Positions 49,571 to 60,003 of a DNA stretch of 64,000 bases are shown one piece after another. Under the pieces are notes generated by a model. That model was not told the DNA's origin. It did no database searches and worked only from the letters and a program-made list of their open reading frames with translations. Made by a program: the position numbers and the translations under genes. The DNA is from Acholeplasmataceae bacterium (GTDB taxonomy: Bacteria > Bacillota_I > Bacilli_A > Acholeplasmatales > Acholeplasmataceae): positions 1,408,001-1,472,000 of the forward strand of contig OY775910.1 in NCBI GenBank assembly GCA_963675245.1, given 5' to 3'. How positions within the stretch are numbered: the first letter of the stretch is position 1; every line of letters starts with the position of its first letter.

Positions 49571-51247
49571 ATGTTGAGTCATATTAGATTTTTCGCTTTG
49601 GGCGGACTAGGCGAAAATGGTAAAAATATGTATGTAGTTGAAGTGGACAAAAGTCTTTTTATACTAGATGCTGGAATTAAATATCCAAGTTCCGAATTAT
49701 ATGGGGTTGATGAAATCATCCCTGATTATAAAGTGCTTGTGCATGCAAAAGATCGTATCAAGGGGATCTTTTTATCTCATGCACATGAAGATCATATCAG
49801 TGCTATTCCACATTTGATTGAAGAATTAAATGTACCAGTCTATGCGTCTAATTTTACAATGCAAATTGTTAAAGATATGTTAAATGATAGTAAATTTGAT
49901 TTAGAAAAATACACGTTAAATGTGGTTTCTCAAAATAGTATTATTAAATTTGGAAACGTCCGTGTATCGTTTTTTAAAACCACACATTCTATCCCAGAAT
50001 CATTAGGAATTGCGGTACATACAGTAGATGGTTCTATCATTTATACATCTGATTTTACATTTGATCAAAGTGGTGACTTTAGATATCAAACCGATTTTAA
50101 GAAAATTAATGAATTAGCAGAAAAACCAGTACTCGCTTTACTAACAGAATCTTTAGGTTCAACACTCGTCTTAAATGGTGGTGTAAATCAAGCATTAGAT
50201 CATAAATTAAATAGTATATTTGCGAATGCAACTGGACGTATTATTATTAGTCTTTTTTCTTCCGATTTAAGAAAGATTCAACATGCAATTAATATCAGTT
50301 TAAAACATCACAAAAAAATAGCAATTATTGGTCGTCGTGCTCAAAGAATTGTTGATATTGCGATTGCTGATGGTTATTTAGATATACCTAATGAAGCATT
50401 AATAAATCTTCGATATATTGATGAAAAGAATCAAAATGATGATCCGAATATCGTTGCTTTAGTGACTGGTAATCGTCATGAACCATTCTTTATGTTACAA
50501 AGAATGTGTAAGAAGCAAGATCGCTTAATCAATATTAATGAAGGTGACACGATTGTTTTAATGACTGCTCCTGTACCAGGTACAGAAAAAATGGCAGCTC
50601 GAACCTTAGACACATTATATCGAAGTGATGCTGATGTTGAAAATATCGATCGCCGATTGCTCACAGCAGCACATGCGACTGCAGAAGAAATTAAGATGAT
50701 GATCAACTTCTTGAAACCGAAATACATTATTCCAACCATTGGTGAATATCGCCATCAATATGGTGTAAAACAATTAGCGATGGAAATTGGTTATAAAGAA
50801 AGTCAAATTATGATGTTAGACAATGGGGATGTTTTCAACTATCAAAACAACGATTCATTTGTGTCACGTGGTGATATTAATGTCGGTGAAATTCTGATTG
50901 ATGGTACAGCAGTTGGTGATGTGAATGATTTTGTCATGAAAGACAGAGAACTGCTTGCTGAAGATGGTGCGTTACTTATTGTTGCACATGTCAATCCTAA
51001 AACCAAAAAGATTTTAGGTGAAGTGGAAATCGTAACGAAAGGTTTTATTTATGTCAAAGAATCAGAAGAAATTGTCGATAAAATAAAGGAAATTTTCTTC
51101 ACAGTCAGTGAAAAACATCTTACAGGACGTTACATCAACTGGAATGATTTTAAACGTGATGTTAGAAATGAGACCAATCGATATATTTATGAAGCGATAA
51201 GAAGAAGACCGATAACCATTCCAGTGATCATCTCAACAGACATTTAA
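49571..51247 (+). CDS. rnj: Ribonuclease J (J2-like)
   Basis: ALGGLGENGKN, SHAHEDH, HSIP; start ATG 49571 rather than 49418. Confidence 0.9.
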   Translation: MLSHIRFFALGGLGENGKNMYVVEVDKSLFILDAGIKYPSSELYGVDEIIPDYKVLVHAKDRIKGIFLSHAHEDHISAIPHLIEELNVPVYASNFTMQIVKDMLNDSKFDLEKYTLNVVSQNSIIKFGNVRVSFFKTTHSIPESLGIAVHTVDGSIIYTSDFTFDQSGDFRYQTDFKKINELAEKPVLALLTESLGSTLVLNGGVNQALDHKLNSIFANATGRIIISLFSSDLRKIQHAINISLKHHKKIAIIGRRAQRIVDIAIADGYLDIPNEALINLRYIDEKNQNDDPNIVALVTGNRHEPFFMLQRMCKKQDRLININEGDTIVLMTAPVPGTEKMAARTLDTLYRSDADVENIDRRLLTAAHATAEEIKMMINFLKPKYIIPTIGEYRHQYGVKQLAMEIGYKESQIMMLDNGDVFNYQNNDSFVSRGDINVGEILIDGTAVGDVNDFVMKDRELLAEDGALLIVAHVNPKTKKILGEVEIVTKGFIYVKESEEIVDKIKEIFFTVSEKHLTGRYINWNDFKRDVRNETNRYIYEAIRRRPITIPVIISTDI

Positions 51248-51257
51248 TATATAAAAT

Positions 51258-51285
51258 AAGAGCCATGCTGAACCATGGCTCTTTT
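51258..51285. terminator. Bidirectional terminator
   Basis: AAGAGCCATG / CATGGCTCTT. Confidence 0.75.
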
Positions 51286-52517
51286 TATCTTTTTTTATGC
51301 TTAATTTGATCTATTATTTTTAGTCTTTCGGCGAGTGCTTTTTCATAAGCAGATTCTAATTTAGGTACATAATATGTATGATCAATGATGTGGTCAGGCA
51401 TATAGGTTTGATCGTTAATACTATCGGGGTCATTATGCGGATAATGATATATTTCTGGATTTTGTTTAATACGTCGATTACTGGCTTGATCTGGAACAAC
51501 ACCTGTATCTTCATTTTCATATTCTGCGAGGGCTTTATCAATCGCAGTAATGCCGGTGTTTGATTTTGGCGACAATGCCATGTCAATAACGATTGTTCCC
51601 AAAATAATTCTCGCTTCTGGCCAACCTACTTTAATCGCAGCATCACATGCAGATGTAACCTTCACACCCATCATTGGATTAGCGAGGCCAATATCTTCAT
51701 ATGTAATGACTAACAAACGACGAATAATCGCTTGTAGATCACCTAACGTAATTAATCTTGCAAGAAAATGGATAGAAGCATCCACATCGGATCCTCTAAT
51801 TGATTTTTGTAAAGCACTTAGTAAATCATAGAAATGATCTTCATGATCATCTAAATCATGTCTGATTTTACCTGCTACACGATAAACGGTTTGGCTCGTA
51901 AGTTTATCACCGTCATTTAAAATGATTGAACAGCTCTCAAGGATATTTAAAGCACTTCTAATCTCGTGATTAGATAAGCGAATGATCGCTTTAAAAGCAT
52001 TTTTATCCATGCGTAAATCCATATCAAGTTCTTGCAATCCCCGTTTAATAGCTTGCTCTATGGCTACATCGTTCAGATTCTTAACTTCAAATAAGTGACA
52101 TCTTGAGCGAATAGCCATATTAATACTTTGATAGGGGTTTAACGTCGTTAATCCGATCACAATCGCATGACCATTTTCCATGTATGGTAATAAATAATCC
52201 TGAATATCTGTTTTCATGCGATGTATTTCATCGATGATGACCAACACATCATGATAATTAGTTGTATCCAATATTTGTTTTAATTTAGCTTTATTATCGG
52301 TGGAAGCATTGAAGAAATAAGTATCTAGTTCAGATGTTTCTGCAACAATGGCTGCGATAGTCGTTTTACCTGTGCCAGGAGGACCATATAGAATGAATGA
52401 CATTAATTTATGCTTTTCAAGCATCAAACGTAAAACACCATCTTTTCCTACAAGATGGTCTTGTCCAAATACATCGTCAAATTGAGTGGGTCTCATGCGG
52501 TATGCTAATGGTTTCAT
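51285..52517 (-). CDS. rarA: Replication-associated recombination protein A
   Basis: PLAYRMRP, GPPGTGKTT, IDEIHR, SALQKSIRGSD, EDIGLA. Confidence 0.93.
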   Translation of the reverse strand: MKPLAYRMRPTQFDDVFGQDHLVGKDGVLRLMLEKHKLMSFILYGPPGTGKTTIAAIVAETSELDTYFFNASTDNKAKLKQILDTTNYHDVLVIIDEIHRMKTDIQDYLLPYMENGHAIVIGLTTLNPYQSINMAIRSRCHLFEVKNLNDVAIEQAIKRGLQELDMDLRMDKNAFKAIIRLSNHEIRSALNILESCSIILNDGDKLTSQTVYRVAGKIRHDLDDHEDHFYDLLSALQKSIRGSDVDASIHFLARLITLGDLQAIIRRLLVITYEDIGLANPMMGVKVTSACDAAIKVGWPEARIILGTIVIDMALSPKSNTGITAIDKALAEYENEDTGVVPDQASNRRIKQNPEIYHYPHNDPDSINDQTYMPDHIIDHTYYVPKLESAYEKALAERLKIIDQIKHKKR

Positions 52518-52617
52518 AATGTCTCCTAATCTCATTATAGCATACTTGCTAATCTCTTATGAATGAGTTAAAATAATACCGTATTCGTTTATTAAATAAC
52601 TGTCACTGGAGGACAAA

Positions 52618-53130
52618 ATGGACTTAAAAAAATACATCGCAGAAGTACCAAATTTTCCAAAGAAAGATATCCTTTTTAGAGATATAACACCATTGATGCT
52701 TGATGGTAAAGCATATCAATATGCAGCACATGCATTTACAGCATATGCGAAAGAAAAAAAAGCAACTTTGATTGTTGGACCTGAAGCTAGAGGATTTATC
52801 TTTGGTTGTCCTGTATCTGTTGAACTTGGCATAGGCTTCGCACCTGTTAGAAAACCAGGTAAATTACCGAGAGAAACAGTGACATTCTCATATGATTTAG
52901 AGTATGGTTCTAATGAACTATGTCTGCATAAAGATGCGGTAAAACCTGGTGATCGAGTGATCGTTATTGATGACTTGTTAGCGACAGGTGGAACCATGGA
53001 AGCAACTGTCAAACTTGTTGAAAAACTAGGTGGCGAAGTTGTTGGACTAGCTTTTTTAATTGAACTTACTGAATTAGATGGACGTAAAAAATTAGATAAT
53101 TATGATATACTAACTTTAATTAGTTATTAA
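52618..53130 (+). CDS. apt: Adenine phosphoribosyltransferase
   Basis: [27 protein letters not shown]. Confidence 0.96.
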   Translation: MDLKKYIAEVPNFPKKDILFRDITPLMLDGKAYQYAAHAFTAYAKEKKATLIVGPEARGFIFGCPVSVELGIGFAPVRKPGKLPRETVTFSYDLEYGSNELCLHKDAVKPGDRVIVIDDLLATGGTMEATVKLVEKLGGEVVGLAFLIELTELDGRKKLDNYDILTLISY

Positions 53131-53152
53131 CTAATTAGAAACGAGTGTTTGC

Positions 53153-55330
53153 ATGGCCGATGCATTATTCCAATCTTTAGCCGATAGTTTTGCTTCTTAT
53201 ATCCATAAAAAAGAAGATATCAAACTCATTGAGAATGCATATAATATTGCTAAAGATAAACATGTTGGTCAGATGCGTAAAAGTGGAGATCCTTACATTA
53301 CACATCCGGTCGCAGTAGCAAAAATTTTAGTTGAATTACGTGTAGGGCCAGCGACTTTGATCGCTGCTCTTTTGCATGATACTGTAGAAGATACCAATTA
53401 TACACTTGAAGAAGTGAAAGAAAAATTCGGTACTGAGATTGCAAATATAGTTGATGGTGTGACAAAAATAGGTCAATTATCCTTTAACCAAGTTGCTTCA
53501 CAAGCGGATAATCATCAAAAAATGTTACTTGCAATGGCAAAAGATATTCGTGTCATTGTCATAAAAATTGCCGATAGATTACACAATGTCAGAACACTTG
53601 GTTCTATGCCTCCAGAGAAACAATACCGTATCGCTAGTGAAACATTAGAAATTTATGCACCCCTAGCCCACAGACTAGGGATTTTTAGAATTAAGGCTGA
53701 ATTAGAAGATAGATCATTACGTTATACAGATCCACCGATGTACTATCGTGTATCAAACATGATTCAAGCCAAAAAAGCAGAAAGAGAAGCATCTATAGAA
53801 AAGGTCATTAAACATATTAAAACATTGTTTGATCAATCCGAATTAAATGATTTTGAAATAAAGGGGCGTATTAAAAACATTTTCTCAATCTATAAGAAAA
53901 TGGTTAGAGATAATCGCGCTTTTGAAGATATATATGACTTATTAGCCGTTAGAATCATTGTTGATAAAGTTGAAACGTGTTATCAAGCATTAGGTGTGAT
54001 TCATGCGAATTTTACACCAATCCCAAGGCGTTTTAAAGATTATATTGCTGTTCCAAAACCAAATATGTATCAATCCCTTCATACGACTGTCTTATCTGAA
54101 GATGGCACGCTTTTTGAGGTTCAAATTAGAACTCAAGATATGGATCAAGTAGCTGAATATGGGATTGCAGCTCACTGGGCATATAAAGAAAATAAGACCT
54201 ATTCAAAAGAACGTGAACAGTTTGAAATTGCTCAGAAGTTAAAGTGGTATGGTGAACTTTTGCGTATGAGTGAAGATGAAGATGAAGTATCAGGTGCCGC
54301 TGAAGAATTTGTTGATACAGTTAAAGGTGATATTTTAGATGCCAATGTTTATGTATTCACCCCTAAGGGAGAAGTCATAGAATTACCTAAAGGTGCAACC
54401 CCTATTGATTTTGCTTATCGTATTCACTCAGATGTTGGTAATAAAATGGTAGGTGCAATCGTTAATAATAGAATCGTTACGCTAGACTATAAATTAAATA
54501 CTGGCGATATTGTTTCTGTAAAGACGAATAAAAACTCAACTGGTCCATCAGAAGACTGGCTAAAGATTGCTAAGTCATCGCATGCGAAACATAAGATTAA
54601 GAGTTTTTTAAATAAGTTAAATAGGGATAACTTACTTCAAAATGGTAAAGACCAATTAGACAGAGAACTCGTTGCCCAAAAGGTTGATGAGTCAATTGAT
54701 GATGCATTCGTAAAAAAACATTTTGAAAAACATATGATTAAAACCGTTTCTGATTTATATTTAGAAATTGGTAAAGGATTAGTATCACCAAAAACAGTTG
54801 TTCAAAAACTATTAGGTAAAGAAGTAGATAAACAACTTATTTTACAAAGACAAATGGAAAAAGCAGCAAGACAACTCACAACACACTCAGAAACAGGTGT
54901 TGTTATTGAAGGATTATCTAGCCCTCAATTAAAGCTTGCAAATTGTTGCCTACCTATACCTGGAGATCCAATTGTTGGTTATATATCAAAAACAAGCGGG
55001 ATTGTTATTCATGCGACTTTCTGTCCCAATTGCAAGCAATTTGAGGATAGTCGTTTGATTGAAGCTTTTTGGTCATCTGAGATTGAGAGAAATTATCCGA
55101 CGAGGATCAAAGTCGTTGGTACATCTAAACCGACTTTACTAACTGAAGTGGTTACTGGTGTAAATGCACAAAAGATTTCTATTGCTGAAGTTAATGCGAT
55201 AACAACATCTTCACTTGAAATGATAATCAAACTAAAAATACTTGTTAAAAATCAAAATGATTTACAAGGTCTTATGGTTAATCTAAGAAAAATCAGTGAT
55301 ATTTCATCAGTGGAAAGGGATTACCAATGA
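53153..55330 (+). CDS. rel: Bifunctional (p)ppGpp synthetase/hydrolase Rel
   Basis: HD motif LHDTVED, RFKDY, YQSLHT, EVQIRT, TGS and ACT domains. Confidence 0.95.
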   Translation: MADALFQSLADSFASYIHKKEDIKLIENAYNIAKDKHVGQMRKSGDPYITHPVAVAKILVELRVGPATLIAALLHDTVEDTNYTLEEVKEKFGTEIANIVDGVTKIGQLSFNQVASQADNHQKMLLAMAKDIRVIVIKIADRLHNVRTLGSMPPEKQYRIASETLEIYAPLAHRLGIFRIKAELEDRSLRYTDPPMYYRVSNMIQAKKAEREASIEKVIKHIKTLFDQSELNDFEIKGRIKNIFSIYKKMVRDNRAFEDIYDLLAVRIIVDKVETCYQALGVIHANFTPIPRRFKDYIAVPKPNMYQSLHTTVLSEDGTLFEVQIRTQDMDQVAEYGIAAHWAYKENKTYSKEREQFEIAQKLKWYGELLRMSEDEDEVSGAAEEFVDTVKGDILDANVYVFTPKGEVIELPKGATPIDFAYRIHSDVGNKMVGAIVNNRIVTLDYKLNTGDIVSVKTNKNSTGPSEDWLKIAKSSHAKHKIKSFLNKLNRDNLLQNGKDQLDRELVAQKVDESIDDAFVKKHFEKHMIKTVSDLYLEIGKGLVSPKTVVQKLLGKEVDKQLILQRQMEKAARQLTTHSETGVVIEGLSSPQLKLANCCLPIPGDPIVGYISKTSGIVIHATFCPNCKQFEDSRLIEAFWSSEIERNYPTRIKVVGTSKPTLLTEVVTGVNAQKISIAEVNAITTSSLEMIIKLKILVKNQNDLQGLMVNLRKISDISSVERDYQ

Positions 55331-55761
55331 GAGCAGTCGTACAACGTGTTAAGGAAGCAAAAGTAGCCGTTGATCATCAAATTGTTGGTGAGATCAAGCA
55401 TGGCTATCTGGTCTATTTAGGTGTGACCCACACTGATACAATTGAAACAGCGAAAAAAATCGCTGAAAAAATTTTGAAACTTCGTGTATTTGAAGATGAC
55501 GATGGAAAACTTAATCTCAATATTCACCAAGTAAAGGGTGCACTCTTAGTCGTTTCACAATTTACATTATATGGTGATGTCAAAGGCAACAATCGCCCAT
55601 CATTTATTGAAGCGGCTAGACCTGAAATGGCAAATGCTTTATATGACTATTTTGTGGAGGTCTTAAAAGCATCTTGTCACGTCGAAACTGGTGTTTTTCA
55701 AAGTCATATGGATGTTTCATCAGTAAATGATGGACCAGTCACGATCTTTATTGAATATTGA
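55327..55761 (+). CDS. dtd: D-aminoacyl-tRNA deacylase
   Basis: MRAVVQRV, SQFTL, NDGPVT. Confidence 0.96.
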   Translation: MRAVVQRVKEAKVAVDHQIVGEIKHGYLVYLGVTHTDTIETAKKIAEKILKLRVFEDDDGKLNLNIHQVKGALLVVSQFTLYGDVKGNNRPSFIEAARPEMANALYDYFVEVLKASCHVETGVFQSHMDVSSVNDGPVTIFIEY

Positions 55762-55791
55762 TTGACTTTCTATATCTTTAAAAGATATAAT
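55762..55791 (+). promoter_or_regulatory. Sigma-70 promoter of the T-box-GNAT-hisS-aspS unit
   Basis: TTGACT-18-TATAAT immediately after the dtd stop. Confidence 0.65.
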
Positions 55792-55808
55792 AAGAGCATA
55801 ACTAAATC

Positions 55809-55944
55809 GCCTATGAAGAAGGATTTGGGTTTAACGTGACACCTTCAGAGGCACAGTTACTATAAATGAGTGCTAGGGAAGACCCTGGAACTAAGGTGGT
55901 ACCGCGAATCTTTCGTCCTTAGATGTTTTTTAAGGACGATTTTT
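55809..55944 (+). promoter_or_regulatory. T-box riboswitch with ultrashort Stem I, Asp specifier (GAC 55838-55840)
   Basis: GCC-TATGAA-GAAGG..GAC-A-CCTTC-AGA-GGC; T-box AAGGTGGTACCGCG; terminator TCGTCCTTA/TAAGGACGA plus T run. Confidence 0.88.
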
Positions 55945-55946
55945 AT

Positions 55947-56531
55947 ATGGAGAAAATGAAAAATTATAAGAATATGCCAGACATTGATCTTGGCGATGTC
56001 ATACTACGTACAATTAAAAAGTCTGATTACAAGGACATGTTTGAATACGGTAGTGATCCAGACGTTACGAAATGGCTTAGCTGGGGTCCGATGATTAGTA
56101 TTGTCGAAGCTAAGAAAAGCATCAAAGAAGTTTTTTTCCCTAGAGTGAAACGTGGTTTGCCAATTGGGTATGCGATCATCTTTAAAGAAAATAATAAAAT
56201 GATTGGTACAATTGATTATCATGCGCGATTAGAAACGAGAAATGCTGCTGAAATTGGTTACTGTCTCAATAAAGATTATTGGGGTAAAGGTATTATGACG
56301 AAAGCACTCAAGAAAATGATAGAAATTGGTTTTGAGTATCTCTTATATGATGTAATCATTATTAAGCATTTACATGATAATATTGGTTCGATGAGAGTCA
56401 TTGTTAAAAATGGTTTTAAATTTGTTTCACAAATGCCTTATTCTTATGACAAGGCACAAGGTAAGTTAGAAGGTATGCTCATGTGTTATGAGCTTAAAAA
56501 GGAGGATTACGATGTCTATTCATCGCGTTAA
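55947..56531 (+). CDS. RimJ/RimL-like GNAT acetyltransferase
   Basis: AEIGYCL..YWGKGIM, NIGSMRV..KNGF; the 55923 ATG lies inside the terminator, so start is 55947 or 55956. Confidence 0.85.
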   Translation: MEKMKNYKNMPDIDLGDVILRTIKKSDYKDMFEYGSDPDVTKWLSWGPMISIVEAKKSIKEVFFPRVKRGLPIGYAIIFKENNKMIGTIDYHARLETRNAAEIGYCLNKDYWGKGIMTKALKKMIEIGFEYLLYDVIIIKHLHDNIGSMRVIVKNGFKFVSQMPYSYDKAQGKLEGMLMCYELKKEDYDVYSSR

Positions 56532-57777
56532 AGGTACGTATGACGTACTACCAAGTGAATCAGCAAAGTGGCATGCACTAGAATTGAAAGTGAAAGCTAT
56601 TTTCAAAAGGTATCATGTCCATCAAATGAGAACACCAATCATGGAATATAGTGCTGTTTTCCATAGACAAAATGATTTATCTGATATGGTAACGAAGGAA
56701 ACCTATGATTTTAAAGATCGTAGTGATCGGGATCTTACGCTTAGACCAGAAGGCACAGCAGGTATCATAAGAAGTTATGTGGAACATAAATTATATGCCT
56801 CTCAAGAAATTGAAAAAGTTTATTATATTGGCCCAAATTATAGATATGAAAGACCACAAAAAGGTAGATATAGGGAATTTTATCAGTTTGGCGTAGAGGC
56901 AATAGGCACAGTTAATCCTGCGCTTGATGCTGAAATGATTATGCTTGCCTATGATCTTTTCCAAGAACTAGGCTTAAAAGGTGTTAAGGTTAACGTCAAT
57001 AGTCTAGGTAATCGACAATCAAGACGCGATTATCAAGAAGCCTTAATAAAGCATTTAGCACCTCATAAAGTCACGTTATGTAAAGATTGTCAAGAACGTT
57101 TAGAAAAAAATCCACTTAGAATATTAGATTGTAAAATTGACCATGATCATCCAGGTGTTGTTAGTGCACCTACGCCAATTGATTATTTAGATGAAGAATC
57201 TATCAATTATTTTGAAGCTGTTAGATCATATTTGGATGCTGCAAACATTGATTATGAGGTCTCACCAAGAATGGTTCGCGGTCTTGATTATTATAGTCAT
57301 ACTGTGTTTGAAATAGAAGCAGATATAGAAGGTTTTGGTGCACAAAATGTACTAGGTGGCGGTGGTAGATATCAAAACTTAGTGAAAGAATTAGGTGGAC
57401 CAGATTTAGGTGGTATTGGTTTCGCATGTGGTATGGAGCGTATTTTAGATGCTTTAGATATGGAAGGTATCACAATTGTTGATGAAAAACCTTTAGATGT
57501 CTATGTCATCGCATTTGGTGAACATACGAAAAAAATTGCCTTAACGTTACTTCACGATTTACGAGTAGCTGGTTTAAGTGCAGATATGAATTATACAGGT
57601 AAAGCATTTAAAGGACAATTGAAGCAAGCACTGCGCTATGACTCATCATATCTTGTGATATTAGGTGAAGATGAAGTCGCACAAGGTGTTGCAGGTATTA
57701 AAGATACAAAAACAGAACAACAAGAAAACGTCAAATTGGATGACGTTGTTAACTTTGTGTTGAAAAGAGGTCAATAA
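56512..57777 (+). CDS. hisS: Histidine--tRNA ligase
   Basis: LRPEGTA, YRYERPQKGRYREF, RGLDYY, GGGRY; start after GGAGG. Confidence 0.96.
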   Translation: MSIHRVKGTYDVLPSESAKWHALELKVKAIFKRYHVHQMRTPIMEYSAVFHRQNDLSDMVTKETYDFKDRSDRDLTLRPEGTAGIIRSYVEHKLYASQEIEKVYYIGPNYRYERPQKGRYREFYQFGVEAIGTVNPALDAEMIMLAYDLFQELGLKGVKVNVNSLGNRQSRRDYQEALIKHLAPHKVTLCKDCQERLEKNPLRILDCKIDHDHPGVVSAPTPIDYLDEESINYFEAVRSYLDAANIDYEVSPRMVRGLDYYSHTVFEIEADIEGFGAQNVLGGGGRYQNLVKELGGPDLGGIGFACGMERILDALDMEGITIVDEKPLDVYVIAFGEHTKKIALTLLHDLRVAGLSADMNYTGKAFKGQLKQALRYDSSYLVILGEDEVAQGVAGIKDTKTEQQENVKLDDVVNFVLKRGQ

Positions 57778-57779
57778 GC

Positions 57780-59498
57780 ATGTCATACGAATATAAAAAT
57801 AATGGTGAGTTATCCATCAAGAATGTTGGTGAATATGTTCATTTAAGAGGATGGGTTCAAAAAGCTAGAAATTTAGGTGGATTAATCTTTATAGATCTTA
57901 GAGATAGATTTGGAATCACACAATTAGCGATTAGACCTGAAAATAAGTTCTATGAATTAGCACTAAATATAAAAGTCGAATACGTAATTGAATTGAATGG
58001 TATCGTTGTCGAAAGAGAGTCAAAAAATCCTCATTTAAGTACTGGTGACATTGAAATTAATGTTGAAGAGTTGACGGTATTAAATTCGAGTGAAACACCG
58101 CCAATAATCGTTTCTGATAAAACGGATGCACTCGAAGATACGAGACTAAAATATCGTTACCTTGACCTAAGAAGACCTGTGATGCAAAATTTTTTAATTA
58201 AAAGACATGAAATTATGCAGTCAATCAGGCACGTCCTAGTCGATGAAGGATTCTATGAGTTAGAAACACCAATTCTTGGTAAATCAACCCCTGAAGGAGC
58301 AAGAGATTATCTTGTGCCATCAAGATTGTATGCGGGTCATTTTTATGCATTACCACAATCACCACAACTCTATAAGCAATTGTTTATGATTGCTGGTTTT
58401 GAAAAGTATTTCCAAATCGCGAAATGCTTTAGAGATGAAGATTTACGTGCTGATAGACAACCGGAATTCACACAAGTTGATATTGAATTATCTTTTAGAT
58501 CAGAAGAGGAGATTAGAGCGCTTACTGAACGTCTTTTAAAGTATACGTTTAAACGTGTCTTAAATCTTGATATTGAAACACCTTTTATGACGATGACTTA
58601 TGAAGAAGCCAGAGAATCTTATGGTAGCGATAAACCAGATTTACGTTTTGGACTAAAAATTGAAAATTTTAAATCAAGTTTTACACATAGTGATATCCCA
58701 TTATTTCATGATAAGGAATACGTTAAAGGGATTAGAGTACCGGATTCAAGTGCACTATCAAGAAAGAAATTAGACAAATTAGCAGAACATGTGAAGAAAA
58801 ATCATGGTGAAGCACTTGCTTATGTGAAATATGCAAACGATCAATATAGTGGTAGTATTGCTAAATTGATTGATGAGAAAGATTTATCCTCTTTACAACT
58901 TCAAAATGAGGAAATGATTTTATTTGTACCAGGTAGAAAAAAAGATGTATTAGATGCTTTAGGTGCCTTAAGAATTGAACTAGCTAAAACGTTTAATCTA
59001 ATCGAATCAGATGTATATAAATTCTTATGGGTTGTTGATTTTCCATTATTCGAATACAATGAAGAAGAGGACCGTTTAGTTGCACAACATCATCCATTTA
59101 CAGCTCCTCAACATATCAACGACATGAAAGAGCATCCTGAAACTGCGTTAGCCAAAGCGTATGACGTTATTTTGAATGGTTATGAACTTGGGGGAGGTTC
59201 TATTCGTATCCACGATCAAAACGTCCAAGAATTGATGTTTAATACGCTTGGCTTATCTGAATATGATATTAAAGAACGTTTTGGATTTTTTGTCGATGCA
59301 TTAAAATATGGTACTCCACCACATGGTGGGATTGCTTTAGGGTTAGATAGACTTGTAATGCTAATGACAAACACCACAAACATTAAAGATGTTATTGCAT
59401 TCCCTAAAACACAAAGTGCTAAGGATCAAATGATGCAAGCACCAAGTGAAGTGGATATCAAGCAAATAGAAGAATTACATTTAAAGGTTGGTGAATAG
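57780..59498 (+). CDS. aspS: Aspartate--tRNA ligase
   Basis: FIDLRD, LPQSPQ, FRDEDLRADRQPEF, PPHGGIALGLDR. Confidence 0.97.
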   Translation: MSYEYKNNGELSIKNVGEYVHLRGWVQKARNLGGLIFIDLRDRFGITQLAIRPENKFYELALNIKVEYVIELNGIVVERESKNPHLSTGDIEINVEELTVLNSSETPPIIVSDKTDALEDTRLKYRYLDLRRPVMQNFLIKRHEIMQSIRHVLVDEGFYELETPILGKSTPEGARDYLVPSRLYAGHFYALPQSPQLYKQLFMIAGFEKYFQIAKCFRDEDLRADRQPEFTQVDIELSFRSEEEIRALTERLLKYTFKRVLNLDIETPFMTMTYEEARESYGSDKPDLRFGLKIENFKSSFTHSDIPLFHDKEYVKGIRVPDSSALSRKKLDKLAEHVKKNHGEALAYVKYANDQYSGSIAKLIDEKDLSSLQLQNEEMILFVPGRKKDVLDALGALRIELAKTFNLIESDVYKFLWVVDFPLFEYNEEEDRLVAQHHPFTAPQHINDMKEHPETALAKAYDVILNGYELGGGSIRIHDQNVQELMFNTLGLSEYDIKERFGFFVDALKYGTPPHGGIALGLDRLVMLMTNTTNIKDVIAFPKTQSAKDQMMQAPSEVDIKQIEELHLKVGE

Positions 59499-59499
59499 T

Positions 59500-60003
59500 A
59501 TGGCTAAAATTATATTAGCAGGTGGGTGTTTTTGGGGCGTTGAAGCTTATTTTAAACAATTAAAAGGCGTTCTTGACACATCTGTAGGTTACATTGATGG
59601 TAATAAAAGAAATCCAAGTTATCAGGAAGTTTGCAATGGACTAGCGTCTCATACTGAAGCTTGTGAGATTAATTATGATGAATCAGTAATAACACTCAAT
59701 ATGATACTGGATCATTTTTTAAGATTTGTAAATCCATTTAGCATTAATAAGCAAGGCAATGATATTGGAAGACAGTATCGTAGTGGTGTTTATGTCAGTG
59801 ATGAAGAAGAACAAAAACAAGTTGAGTCGTATCTTAAATCTTACTTTAAAGATGATTATAATCGTGTTCAAATTAAAGTTAAATTCAATAAAGATTATGA
59901 TTTAGCAGAAACATATCACCAGGATTATTTAGATAAGAATCCGAGTGGTTACTGTCATGTTAATTTAAATTTAGCAATGAAGGATGAAAAGAAAAATGCG
60001 TAA
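59500..60003 (+). CDS. msrA: Peptide-methionine (S)-S-oxide reductase
   Basis: GGCFWG, QGND.G.QYRS, AETYHQDY, GYCH. Confidence 0.95.
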   Translation: MAKIILAGGCFWGVEAYFKQLKGVLDTSVGYIDGNKRNPSYQEVCNGLASHTEACEINYDESVITLNMILDHFLRFVNPFSINKQGNDIGRQYRSGVYVSDEEEQKQVESYLKSYFKDDYNRVQIKVKFNKDYDLAETYHQDYLDKNPSGYCHVNLNLAMKDEKKNA

